Below are positions 9,644 through 18,184 of a stretch of 64,000 bases of DNA, one piece after another. The first letter of the stretch is position 1. Each line of letters starts with the position of its first letter. A model generated the notes under the pieces. The model had not been told where the DNA came from. It was given only the letters and a program-made list of their open reading frames with translations, and made no database searches. The stretch covers positions 399,612-463,611 of the forward strand of contig CADCJW010000002.1 in the NCBI GenBank assembly GCA_902801845.1, written 5' to 3'. Both the position numbers and the translations under genes were made by a program. The stretch comes from an uncultured Eubacteriales bacterium (lineage in GTDB: Bacteria; Bacillota; Clostridia; Christensenellales; CAG-138).

Positions 9644-10645
9644 ATGGCATTGTTTGAGAATTACGACCGCCGCATCGCCAAGATCAATGGCGTTATCAAA
9701 GAGTACGGCATCGGCTCCGTGGAGGAGTGCCGGGAGATCTGCAAAGCCGCCGGCTTCGACCCCTACGAGATCGCCAAGGGCATCCAGCCCATCTGCTTCG
9801 AGAACGTGTGCTGGGCCTACTGCGTGGGCGCGGCCATCGCGCTGAAGGCCGACGCGAAGAACGCCGAGGAAGCCGCCCGCTACATCGGCATTGGGCTCCA
9901 GAGCTTCTGCATCGACGGGTCCGTGGCGGAGAACCGGAAGGTGGGCTTGGGCCACGGCAACCTGGCCGCCATGCTGCTCAGCGACGAATCCAAGTGCTTC
10001 GCCTTCCTGGCCGGCCATGAGTCCTTCGCCGCCGCCGAGGGCGCCATCGGCATCGTCCGCAACGCCAACAAGGTCCGCAAGCAGCCCCTGCGGGTCATCC
10101 TGAACGGCCTTGGCAAGGATGCGGCCCAGATCATCTCCCGCATCAACGGCTTCACCTACGTCCAGACCCAGTTCGACTACTACACCGACGAGCTGAAGAT
10201 CGTCCGGGAGATCCGCTACTCCGAGGGCGAGCGGGCCAACGTCCGCTGCTATGGCGCCGACGACGTCCGCGAGGGCGTGGCCATCATGCACTTCGAAGGC
10301 GTGGACGTGTCCATCACCGGCAACTCCACCAACCCCACCCGGTTCCAGCACCCCGTGGCCGGCACCTACAAGAAGGAGTGCGTGGAGCAGGGCAAGAAGT
10401 ACTTCTCCGTGGCCTCCGGCGGCGGCACGGGCCGTACCCTCCATCCCGATAACATGGCCGCCGGTCCCGCCTCCTACGGCATGACCGATACCATGGGCCG
10501 GATGCATTCCGACGCCCAGTTTGCCGGGTCCTCCTCCGTCCCCGCTCACGTGGAGATGATGGGCTTCCTCGGCATGGGCAACAACCCCATGGTGGGCGCC
10601 ACCGTGGCTGTGGCCGTGGCGGTCCAGAACAGCCTGGGCAAATAA
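9644..10645 (+). CDS. GGGtGRT protein (function unknown)
   Basis: Contains the family-naming motif VASGGGTGRTLHPDN. Confidence 0.9.
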   Translation: MALFENYDRRIAKINGVIKEYGIGSVEECREICKAAGFDPYEIAKGIQPICFENVCWAYCVGAAIALKADAKNAEEAARYIGIGLQSFCIDGSVAENRKVGLGHGNLAAMLLSDESKCFAFLAGHESFAAAEGAIGIVRNANKVRKQPLRVILNGLGKDAAQIISRINGFTYVQTQFDYYTDELKIVREIRYSEGERANVRCYGADDVREGVAIMHFEGVDVSITGNSTNPTRFQHPVAGTYKKECVEQGKKYFSVASGGGTGRTLHPDNMAAGPASYGMTDTMGRMHSDAQFAGSSSVPAHVEMMGFLGMGNNPMVGATVAVAVAVQNSLGK

Positions 10646-10662
10646 CGCAAAGCAAACCAAGC

Positions 10663-10693
10663 GATGCTCCGGCCATCGGGTCGGAGCATCTTT
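10663..10693 (+). terminator. intrinsic terminator
   Basis: gatgctccggcc-atcg-ggtcggagcatc-ttt. Confidence 0.7.
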
Positions 10694-10713
10694 GTAAATC
10701 GGAGGAAAGGTTC

Positions 10714-11292
10714 ATGACGCTGGAAGAGATCCGAAAGCTGAACGGGTATCAGTTCGTCCGTCTCACGTTTGCGGACGGCAACGTGTTCGAGGGGGAGGCC
10801 GCCCACGACCCCGCGGACTATTGCTTCCACGAGTTCGGCCGGGACGAGGAGGCGGTGGAGATCGACCACTGGCTCTTCTACCTGAGCGACGTCGTCAGCA
10901 TAGAGCCAGCCGAACCGCGGGAGGTGGGCGTGTGGATGAGCCGGCCCATGCACCGGATGCACCTGGATCCGAAGGCCTACGACCGCATGGAGGATGAGAA
11001 GAAGACCATCGAGCTTCGGCTCTACGACGAGAAGCGCCGCCGCATCCAGGCCGGGGACGTGATCCGCTTCGAAAGCATCGATGACGAAACGGACGTGCTC
11101 TTTGCCAGGGTGACGGGGATGCGGTTCTTCACCTCCTTCGACGAGCTGTACGCGGCCCTGCCCCTCGTCGCCTGCGGCTATGCCCCCGAGGAAGTCAAGG
11201 CAGCCTCTCCCCGGGACATGGACAAATACTACCCCCCCGAGGAGCAGAAGAAGTGGGGCGTGGTGGGGATAGAATTATCTTTCGATTTTTGA
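10714..11292 (+). CDS. ASCH domain protein with extra N-terminal domain
   Basis: HRMHL..KAYD....KKTIELRLYDEKRRRIQAGDVIRF...GVVGIEL ASCH motif in the C-terminal ~115 aa. Confidence 0.8.
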   Translation: MTLEEIRKLNGYQFVRLTFADGNVFEGEAAHDPADYCFHEFGRDEEAVEIDHWLFYLSDVVSIEPAEPREVGVWMSRPMHRMHLDPKAYDRMEDEKKTIELRLYDEKRRRIQAGDVIRFESIDDETDVLFARVTGMRFFTSFDELYAALPLVACGYAPEEVKAASPRDMDKYYPPEEQKKWGVVGIELSFDF

Positions 11293-11362
11293 TTTTCCCC
11301 TGCAACCTTTCGGAGGGATGCGCCGTGTTATGGGCAGAGAAACGAAACAAGGAGAAAAAACC

Positions 11363-12112
11363 ATGAAAAAGATGTTGATCGTACTGCTGGCCGGGTTGCT
11401 GATGCTGACGGCCGTTGCCTGCAAAGCCAACAAGGCGCCGAAAGAAACAGCCAAGAACGAAGAGCCCCAGGAGGCGGCACAGGAGGAGATCATGGCAAAT
11501 GAACCCTTGGCGGGCGGCTGGACCCCCGCGGAGGACTTCGGCGATATCACGGCGGAGCGCCGGGCCATCTTCGACAAGGGCATGGAGACTCTGCTGGGCG
11601 TGGACTACGCGCCGCTGGCCTATCTCGGCAGCCAGGTTGTGGCCGGGACCAACCACGCGTTCCTGGTGAAGGGCACGATGGTGGTGCCTGCTCAGCCCGT
11701 CAGCTACGCCCTCGCCTATTTCTACGAGGACCTGCAGGGCAATGTGAAGCTCATGAACGTGGCGGATCTGCCCATCGTGCCCCAGGCGGACGGCACCCTG
11801 GCCCTGCCCGAGGAGGGCCTCATGGGCGGCTGGGCCTACGTGGAGGACCCCGCCCTCGCCGACGAAGACGAGGCCAAGCTGGAGGCGGCCCTGCAGAACC
11901 AGGTGGGCGCCTCCTACGTCATCGCAGCTTGCCTCGGCGAGCAGGTGGTGGCGGGCCTGAACCGCTGCCTTCTCGTTCAGGTGACCCCCGTGGTCCCCAA
12001 CGCCCGGCCCCATTACGCCCTGGCGTACATCTATACGGACCTGGAGGGCAACAGCTCCCTTACCCAGGTCATCGACCTGGACGTGGGCGCCTATTGCACC
12101 TACGGGGCATAA
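11363..12112 (+). CDS. lipoprotein with two cystatin-like (GGW...QVVAG) repeats
   Basis: Lipobox AVAC; LAGGW...SQVVAGTNH and LMGGW...EQVVAGLNR. Confidence 0.7.
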   Translation: MKKMLIVLLAGLLMLTAVACKANKAPKETAKNEEPQEAAQEEIMANEPLAGGWTPAEDFGDITAERRAIFDKGMETLLGVDYAPLAYLGSQVVAGTNHAFLVKGTMVVPAQPVSYALAYFYEDLQGNVKLMNVADLPIVPQADGTLALPEEGLMGGWAYVEDPALADEDEAKLEAALQNQVGASYVIAACLGEQVVAGLNRCLLVQVTPVVPNARPHYALAYIYTDLEGNSSLTQVIDLDVGAYCTYGA

Positions 12113-12215
12113 AACCAGACATTCCTAAATCGGGAGGGCAAGCCCCTCCCGTCTCGCTTTTTGGGCCCGGGTGTGCTATACTGTACCGGCAGAGATTCGA
12201 TAAGGAAGTGAAACC

Positions 12216-13613
12216 ATGAAGGTCTGTCTTTTGAACGACTCCTTTCCCCCGGCCATGGACGGGGTGGTGAACGTGGTGCTGAACTACGCCGACCATCTGG
12301 GGAAGGATCACGGGGCCCAGGTGGTGGTGGGCACGCCGGAGTATCCGGACGCCGACTACGGCCAATACCCCTACCGGGTCATCCCCTACCAGAGTTTCGA
12401 CACCACCGCCCTCACCAGCGGCTACCGGGCGGGGAATCCCTTCTCCGGCAAGGCGGTGGAGGAGCTGGCCGCCTTTCGGCCTGAGATCATCCACAGCCAC
12501 TGTCCCGTGGCCTCCACCATCCTGGGGCGGCTGCTGCGGGAGCAGACGGACGCGCCGGTGGTGTTCACCTACCACACCAAGTTCGACATCGACATCCATC
12601 GGGCGGTGAAGCTGCCGGTGGCGGCGGAGGAGGCCATTCGGGTCATGATCGCCAACATCGAGGCCGTGGACGAAACCTGGGTGGTGAGCCGGGGCGCGGG
12701 GGAAAACCTCCGGTCCCTGGGCTACACCGGCGACTATCGGGTCATGAACAACGGGGTGGACTTCGCCCGGGGCCGGTTGCCCCAGGAGGCGGTGGACCGG
12801 GTCACCGGCGGGTACGATCTGCCCGCAGGGGTGCCGGTGCTGCTGTTCGTGGGCCGGATGATGACCTACAAGGGCCTGCCCCTCATCCTGGACGCGTTGA
12901 AGCTCCTCCTGGACGGGGGCCAGGATTTCCGCATGGTGTTCATCGGCAAGGGCGCGGACAAGGAGCTGATGGAGCAGAAGGCCCGGGAGCTGGGCCTGGG
13001 GACCAAGTGCATCTTCGTGGGCCCGATCTACGATCGGGACGCCCTCAGGGCCTGGAACACCCGGGCGGACCTGTTCCTCTTCCCCTCCACCTTCGACACC
13101 AACGGTCTGGTGGTCCGGGAGGCGGCGGCCTGCGGGCTTGGGTGCGTGCTCATCAAGGGCTCCTGCGCCGCGGAGGGCATCACCGACGGGCGCAACGGCT
13201 TTCTCATTGAGGAGACCCCGGAGGCCATGGCCACCCTTCTTAAGGAGATTTGCCCCGACCTATCCCATCTGCATGAGGTGGGGCAGCACGCCATGGAGGA
13301 GATATACCTGTCCTGGCAGAGCGCGGTGGACGAAGCCTATGACCGATACGGGGCCCTGCTGGATTTGAAGCAAGGGGGCCGGCTGCCCCCCAAGCGGAAG
13401 CTGCCGGCGGACTATTTGGTGGCCCTTGCCTCCCGGAGCATGGAGGAGCGGGTGCGCCGCCGCCGGATCCGGCAGGAGCTGCTCACCGACTTCAAAGAGA
13501 CGGCCCAGGGCATGATGGAGAACATCCAGGAGGCCCAAAAGAACGCCGAGCAGCGCTGGGCCCGGGTGGCCGAGGACATCCAGCGGGAGCTGGAAACGTT
13601 GAAAAAGCGGTAA
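12216..13613 (+). CDS. GT4 family glycosyltransferase (glycolipid synthase-like)
   Basis: NDSFPP.MDGV, HSHCP, TYHTKF, LFVGR, FPSTFDTNGLVVREAAACG. Confidence 0.88.
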   Translation: MKVCLLNDSFPPAMDGVVNVVLNYADHLGKDHGAQVVVGTPEYPDADYGQYPYRVIPYQSFDTTALTSGYRAGNPFSGKAVEELAAFRPEIIHSHCPVASTILGRLLREQTDAPVVFTYHTKFDIDIHRAVKLPVAAEEAIRVMIANIEAVDETWVVSRGAGENLRSLGYTGDYRVMNNGVDFARGRLPQEAVDRVTGGYDLPAGVPVLLFVGRMMTYKGLPLILDALKLLLDGGQDFRMVFIGKGADKELMEQKARELGLGTKCIFVGPIYDRDALRAWNTRADLFLFPSTFDTNGLVVREAAACGLGCVLIKGSCAAEGITDGRNGFLIEETPEAMATLLKEICPDLSHLHEVGQHAMEEIYLSWQSAVDEAYDRYGALLDLKQGGRLPPKRKLPADYLVALASRSMEERVRRRRIRQELLTDFKETAQGMMENIQEAQKNAEQRWARVAEDIQRELETLKKR

Positions 13614-13619
13614 AGCATC

Positions 13620-15284
13620 ATGGAACAGTTCGATTTTCGGCGGATGAGCCTCTATCAGATCTGGGTCCGCAGCTTCGCCGACGGGAACGGGGACGGCATC
13701 GGCGACCTCTACGGGGTCTACGACAAACTGGACTACATCAAGAGCCTGGGGGTGGACGGCATCTGGTTCAGCCCCATCTACCCCTCCCCCAACGCGGATT
13801 ACGGCTACGATATCTCCGACTATCGGAACATCCACCCCGACTTCGGCACCCTGGAACAGTTCGACAAAGTGCTGCACCGGGCCCACGAGCTGGGCCTCAA
13901 GGTCATCTTGGACCTGGTCATCAACCACACCTCCGACGAGCACCCCTGGTTCCTGGAGAGCCGCAAGGGGAAGGACAACCCCTACAGCGACTACTACATC
14001 TGGCGGGACCCCAAGCGGGGCAAAAAGGGCCATCGGCCCCCCAACAACTGGTTCAGCCAGTTCGAGGGCCTGGCCTGGGAGTACGAGCCTCAGCGGGACC
14101 AATACTACCTCCACGTGTTCGCCAAGAAGCAGCCGGACCTGAACATGGACAACCCCAAGGTCCGGGAGGAGGTCAAGGGCATCATGCGCTTTTGGCTCAG
14201 CCGGGGCGTGGACGGCTTTCGGGAGGACGTGATCACCTTCATCTCCAAGGACGAGCGGCTCCCGGACGGGCTCCCCTTTTTGCCGGTGATCAACGGCATG
14301 CCCTTCTATAAGGACGGGCCGAACCTGATGCGCTATCTGCGGGAGTTCCGCCAGGTGGCAAAGGAGTACGGGGCCCTCCAGATCGGCGAGGCCCCCATGA
14401 CGCCGGTGAAGACGGCGGTGACGTACCTCACCGGGGAGGATCGGGTTCTGGATATGATGATCCAGTTCGACACCATGATGGCGGACTGCTTCATGACGGA
14501 GTTCGTGCACCTGCCCTTCCGGCTCAGGAAGCTGAAGCGGGCCTTCTCCCGCTGGCAGTACGCCCTCAGCGGCCGGGGCTGGAACGCTTTGTATCTGGAG
14601 AACCACGACCATCCCCGGATCATCTCCCGCTACGGCAGCGAAAAGCTCTGGCGGGAATCGGGGACCATGCTGGCGGCCTCCTACCTGTTCCAACAGGGGA
14701 CGCCCTTTCTTTACCAGGGCCAGGAGATCGGCATGACCAACATCCGCCTGGACACCATCGACAAGTACATCGACATCGCCTCCATCCGGGCCTACCACGC
14801 CTATTTCACCCGCCAGTCCCAGGAAAAGCGCATGCGCCGCATCCATGCATCCAGCCGGGATTCCGCCCGGACGCCGGTCCAATGGAGCGCTGAGGAAAAC
14901 GCCGGCTTCACCACGGGGACGCCCTGGTTCCATGTGAACCCCAACTACCCCACGGTGAACGTGGCCGCGGAGGAGAAGGACCCGGACAGCATCCTGAACT
15001 TCTACCGCCGGTGCCTGGCCCTGCGAAAAAGCAGTGAGACCCTGCTTACGGGGACCTACCGGGAGTACCAACATTGGCGGGGAAAGGTGTATCTCTACGA
15101 GCGGCGCCTGGGCGGGGAGCGCATCTTGGTGATCTGCTCCTTCTCCCACCTCCTCCAGCTCTACCGGCTGCCCCGGGGATACGGCCGGGAGAAGGCGGAG
15201 CTGCTCCTCTGCAACTACCCCGAGGCCCCAACCCTGGGAAAACTTCGGCCCTACGAGGCCCAGGTATACCGCTGGCGGGGTTGA
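13620..15284 (+). CDS. GH13 alpha-glucosidase / oligo-1,6-glucosidase
   Basis: FADGNGDGIGDL, DLVINHTSDEHPWF, QPDLN, GFREDVI, ENHD, YQGQEIGM, RTPVQW. Confidence 0.92.
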   Translation: MEQFDFRRMSLYQIWVRSFADGNGDGIGDLYGVYDKLDYIKSLGVDGIWFSPIYPSPNADYGYDISDYRNIHPDFGTLEQFDKVLHRAHELGLKVILDLVINHTSDEHPWFLESRKGKDNPYSDYYIWRDPKRGKKGHRPPNNWFSQFEGLAWEYEPQRDQYYLHVFAKKQPDLNMDNPKVREEVKGIMRFWLSRGVDGFREDVITFISKDERLPDGLPFLPVINGMPFYKDGPNLMRYLREFRQVAKEYGALQIGEAPMTPVKTAVTYLTGEDRVLDMMIQFDTMMADCFMTEFVHLPFRLRKLKRAFSRWQYALSGRGWNALYLENHDHPRIISRYGSEKLWRESGTMLAASYLFQQGTPFLYQGQEIGMTNIRLDTIDKYIDIASIRAYHAYFTRQSQEKRMRRIHASSRDSARTPVQWSAEENAGFTTGTPWFHVNPNYPTVNVAAEEKDPDSILNFYRRCLALRKSSETLLTGTYREYQHWRGKVYLYERRLGGERILVICSFSHLLQLYRLPRGYGREKAELLLCNYPEAPTLGKLRPYEAQVYRWRG

Positions 15285-15353
15285 CAGATCGAAGCAACGG
15301 CCGTATAATAACAGTTGTTACGCAACGTATGGTGCGTGACGACTGCTTTTTTT
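15281..15353 (+). promoter_or_regulatory. consensus sigmaA promoter followed by an inverted repeat (operator/terminator)
   Basis: TTGACA 15281-15286, 17 bp, TATAAT 15304-15309; arms 15312-15324 and 15333-15345, then T7. Confidence 0.75.
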
Positions 15354-15369
15354 GTATGGGAGGAAGGCT

Positions 15370-15993
15370 ATGCCCCCGAAGGTGAAGTTTCAAAAGGAAG
15401 AGATCGTCCAGGCCGCCCTGGAGGTGGCCCGAGAGAAGGGGCTTGCCGGGATCACGGCCCGGGAGGTGGCGAAGGCGCTGGGGGTGTCCACCCGGCCCAT
15501 CTTCACCTGGTACGAGACCATGGACCGGCTCAAGGGGGACGTGTTCGACCTGGCCATGGCCCGGTATCGGGCTTATATCGAGGCGGGCCTGCAGGAGTCC
15601 ATCCCCTTTTTGGGCGTGTGGCGGCAGTATCTGCTCTTTGCCCGGCAGGAGCCGGAGCTCTACAAGCTTATGTTTTTGACCCCGCCGGAGGGGGCCGCCG
15701 GGGGCGCCATGGAGGCCCTGCGCTTCTCCCGGGAGCTGGTCCGGCCCTCCCTCATGCGGATCTACCGCCTGGACGAGAGGACGGCGGACGAATACTTTTT
15801 GTACATCTGGCTTGCGGCCTTCAGCTTCGCCACATTGATCGTCACCGACAACTGCCCCTACACCCTGGACGAGATGCTCGCCGTGGGCACGAAGCTGAGC
15901 CTGGCCGTGTGCAAGGCCTACAAGGAGGTGCCGGGGCTGGCGGCGGGCACCTTCGACCGGGACGCCATCTTCCGGCAGCTGGTGCAGGCATAG
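15370..15993 (+). CDS. TetR/AcrR family transcriptional regulator
   Basis: N-terminal HTH ITAREVAKALGVSTRPIF. Confidence 0.88.
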   Translation: MPPKVKFQKEEIVQAALEVAREKGLAGITAREVAKALGVSTRPIFTWYETMDRLKGDVFDLAMARYRAYIEAGLQESIPFLGVWRQYLLFARQEPELYKLMFLTPPEGAAGGAMEALRFSRELVRPSLMRIYRLDERTADEYFLYIWLAAFSFATLIVTDNCPYTLDEMLAVGTKLSLAVCKAYKEVPGLAAGTFDRDAIFRQLVQA

Positions 15994-16002
15994 GAGGGAA
16001 AC

Positions 16003-16773
16003 ATGGACTATCAGGATATCAACGCCAAGACCATCGACCGCTGGGTCCGGGAAGGCTGGGAATGGGGCCGGCCCATCGACCATGAAACCTATCTCGCCGC
16101 CCGGGCGGGCCGCTGGGACGTGCTCCTCACCCCCACGAAGCCGGTGCCCCATGCTTGGTTCGGGGACCTGGAGGGAAAGAAGGTGCTGGGCCTGGCCAGC
16201 GGGGGCGGGCAGCAGATGCCCATCTTCGCGGCCCTGGGCGCCCGGTGCACGGTGCTGGACTATTCCGAGGAGCAGCTCAACAGCGAACGGCTGGTGGCCC
16301 GGCGGGAGGGATACGACATGGAGATCGTCCGGGGGGACATGACCAAGCCCCTGCCCTTCCCCGACGAGACCTTCGACCTTATCTTCCACCCGGTGTCCAA
16401 CTGCTACGTGCGGGAGGTGAAGCCCATCTGGCGGGAGTGCTGGCGGGTGCTGAAGACAGGCGGGCGGCTCCTGTCCGGGACGGACCACTTCGTGAACCAC
16501 CTGGTGGACGAATCGGAGACCGCCATCGTGAACCGGCTCCCCTTCGACCCCGTGGCCAACGAGGACCAGCGGCGTCAGCTGGAGCAGACCGACAGCGGGA
16601 TGCAGTTCTCCCACACCCTGGAGGAGCAGATCAACGGCCAGCTGGAGGCGGGCTTCACCCTTCTGGCCCTCTACGAGGACACCAACGGCGAGGGGCGGCT
16701 CCATGAGTTGAACGTACCCACCTTTCTCGCCATGCTGTCCCGCAAGGACGGCCCCCGGCAGGCGCTGGAATGA
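16003..16773 (+). CDS. class I SAM-dependent methyltransferase
   Basis: VLGLASGGGQ motif I, VLDYS, GDM..LPF.DETFDLI, VLKTGG. Confidence 0.9.
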   Translation: MDYQDINAKTIDRWVREGWEWGRPIDHETYLAARAGRWDVLLTPTKPVPHAWFGDLEGKKVLGLASGGGQQMPIFAALGARCTVLDYSEEQLNSERLVARREGYDMEIVRGDMTKPLPFPDETFDLIFHPVSNCYVREVKPIWRECWRVLKTGGRLLSGTDHFVNHLVDESETAIVNRLPFDPVANEDQRRQLEQTDSGMQFSHTLEEQINGQLEAGFTLLALYEDTNGEGRLHELNVPTFLAMLSRKDGPRQALE

Positions 16774-17192
16774 TTGGGGACGAGCGGTGCGGCCGGCTGA
16801 CCGTGTTCTATGAGGAGCCCTTTTGGGTGGGCGTCTTCGAGCGGATCGAAGGGGACCGATTAAGCGTAAGCAAGGTGACCTTCGGAGCCGAGCCCAGGGA
16901 CTACGAGGTGCTGGACTATGTGCGCCGCCACTATGGCGAGCTCCGCTTCAGCGACCCGGTGCCCCACCAGGTCCGGGAGAAAGCCGACAACCCCAAAAGG
17001 CGGCAGCGGGCCGCAGCCCGTGAGATGCAGCCCGCCGGCGTGGGCACCAAGTCCCAGCAGGCCCTCCAGGCCCAGCGGGAACAGATGAAAACGGAGCGCA
17101 AGCGGATCACCAAGGCGGAGCGGGAGGCGGAGGAGCAGCGCCGCTTCGAGCTCAAGCAGCAGCAGAAGAAGGAGAAAAAGCGAGGTCACTGA
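16770..17192 (+). CDS. YjdF family protein (DUF2992)
   Basis: LTVFYEEPFWVGVFE, FGAEP.DYEV, NPKRRQR, GTKSQQAL, KKEKKRGH. Confidence 0.88.
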   Translation: MIGDERCGRLTVFYEEPFWVGVFERIEGDRLSVSKVTFGAEPRDYEVLDYVRRHYGELRFSDPVPHQVREKADNPKRRQRAAAREMQPAGVGTKSQQALQAQREQMKTERKRITKAEREAEEQRRFELKQQQKKEKKRGH

Positions 17193-17818
17193 TGGTACGA
17201 GAGATGGACCCCAACATGACCAGCCGGGCTGCAGCCTACAAGCTGTGGATGGACGCGCCCAACCCCATGGTCACGTTTTTCAAGACCCTGGACGTGACGA
17301 ATCTGGTCAAAGTCAGCCGCCGGCAGGGGCTGAAGTTCAATATGCTGATGGACTGGTGCATCGGCAAGGCCGCCGCCGGGATAGAGGAATTCTATACTCT
17401 GCCCGTGGGGCAAAAGCTCCTGCGGTACGACCAGCTGGCGGTCTGCACCATCGTCAGCAACCGGCAGGGCGGCGTCAGCTCCTGCGATATCCGGTTTCGG
17501 GACGATCTCAAGGATTTCAACCGGGAATACCTGACCTGTACCGCCCAGGCGGCCCAGGCCTGTGAGGATCGGGATCTGTCCCAAGAGTGCATGGTCATCG
17601 GCACCTCCGCCATGGTGGACACGGAGCTGGACGGGGCCGTGGGCATGCACAGCGGCATCTTCAACAACCCCTTTTTGATCTGGGGCCGGTATCGAAAGAA
17701 GCTGTTTCGCTATCGCTTGCCGCTGTCCTTCCAGTTCCACCACACCCAGATGGACGGGGCCCAGGCGGGCCGGTTCCTGGAAGCGCTGCAAAGAGAGATA
17801 CGCCAACTTGCTCTATAG
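17192..17818 (+). CDS. CatA-like O-acetyltransferase
   Basis: CAT fold length; P.LIWGRY...LPLSFQFHHTQMDG catalytic HH..DG motif. Confidence 0.8.
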   Translation: MVREMDPNMTSRAAAYKLWMDAPNPMVTFFKTLDVTNLVKVSRRQGLKFNMLMDWCIGKAAAGIEEFYTLPVGQKLLRYDQLAVCTIVSNRQGGVSSCDIRFRDDLKDFNREYLTCTAQAAQACEDRDLSQECMVIGTSAMVDTELDGAVGMHSGIFNNPFLIWGRYRKKLFRYRLPLSFQFHHTQMDGAQAGRFLEALQREIRQLAL

Positions 17819-17829
17819 GAGGAAATCAG

Positions 17830-18183
17830 ATGAAGAAATGGTTCGACGAGGAATATGAGTTCACCGTGGAGGTGACGGGCTTTTTGCGGGGGGACCACAC
17901 GGAGCGCTACTGCCGCAACGGGGAGGAGGTGGGCGACGTGTACACCTGCACCTACGGCTGCCCCGTGAACCGGGAGGGGTACGGCATCTGCTCCAAGACC
18001 ATGATGATGCTCTATCCCCTCATGGAGGCCGTGCGCAGCGGCGGCGACCTTCAAAACGTGGGCGGCGACGGGAAGTATACGAAGACCGTCGTCTGCCCCG
18101 ACGGCTGCGTGATCTTCCGCCTGACGGCCAAGCCCCTGGGCAACCCCAACTTTCACAGGGGCGGATTCTGGAAGGAGCCATAG
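17830..18183 (+). CDS. TIGR04076-like small Cys-rich protein
   Basis: CRNGEEVGD, YGCP, ICSK, VCPDG; AGGAGG RBS. Confidence 0.7.
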   Translation: MKKWFDEEYEFTVEVTGFLRGDHTERYCRNGEEVGDVYTCTYGCPVNREGYGICSKTMMMLYPLMEAVRSGGDLQNVGGDGKYTKTVVCPDGCVIFRLTAKPLGNPNFHRGGFWKEP

Positions 18184-18184
18184 C

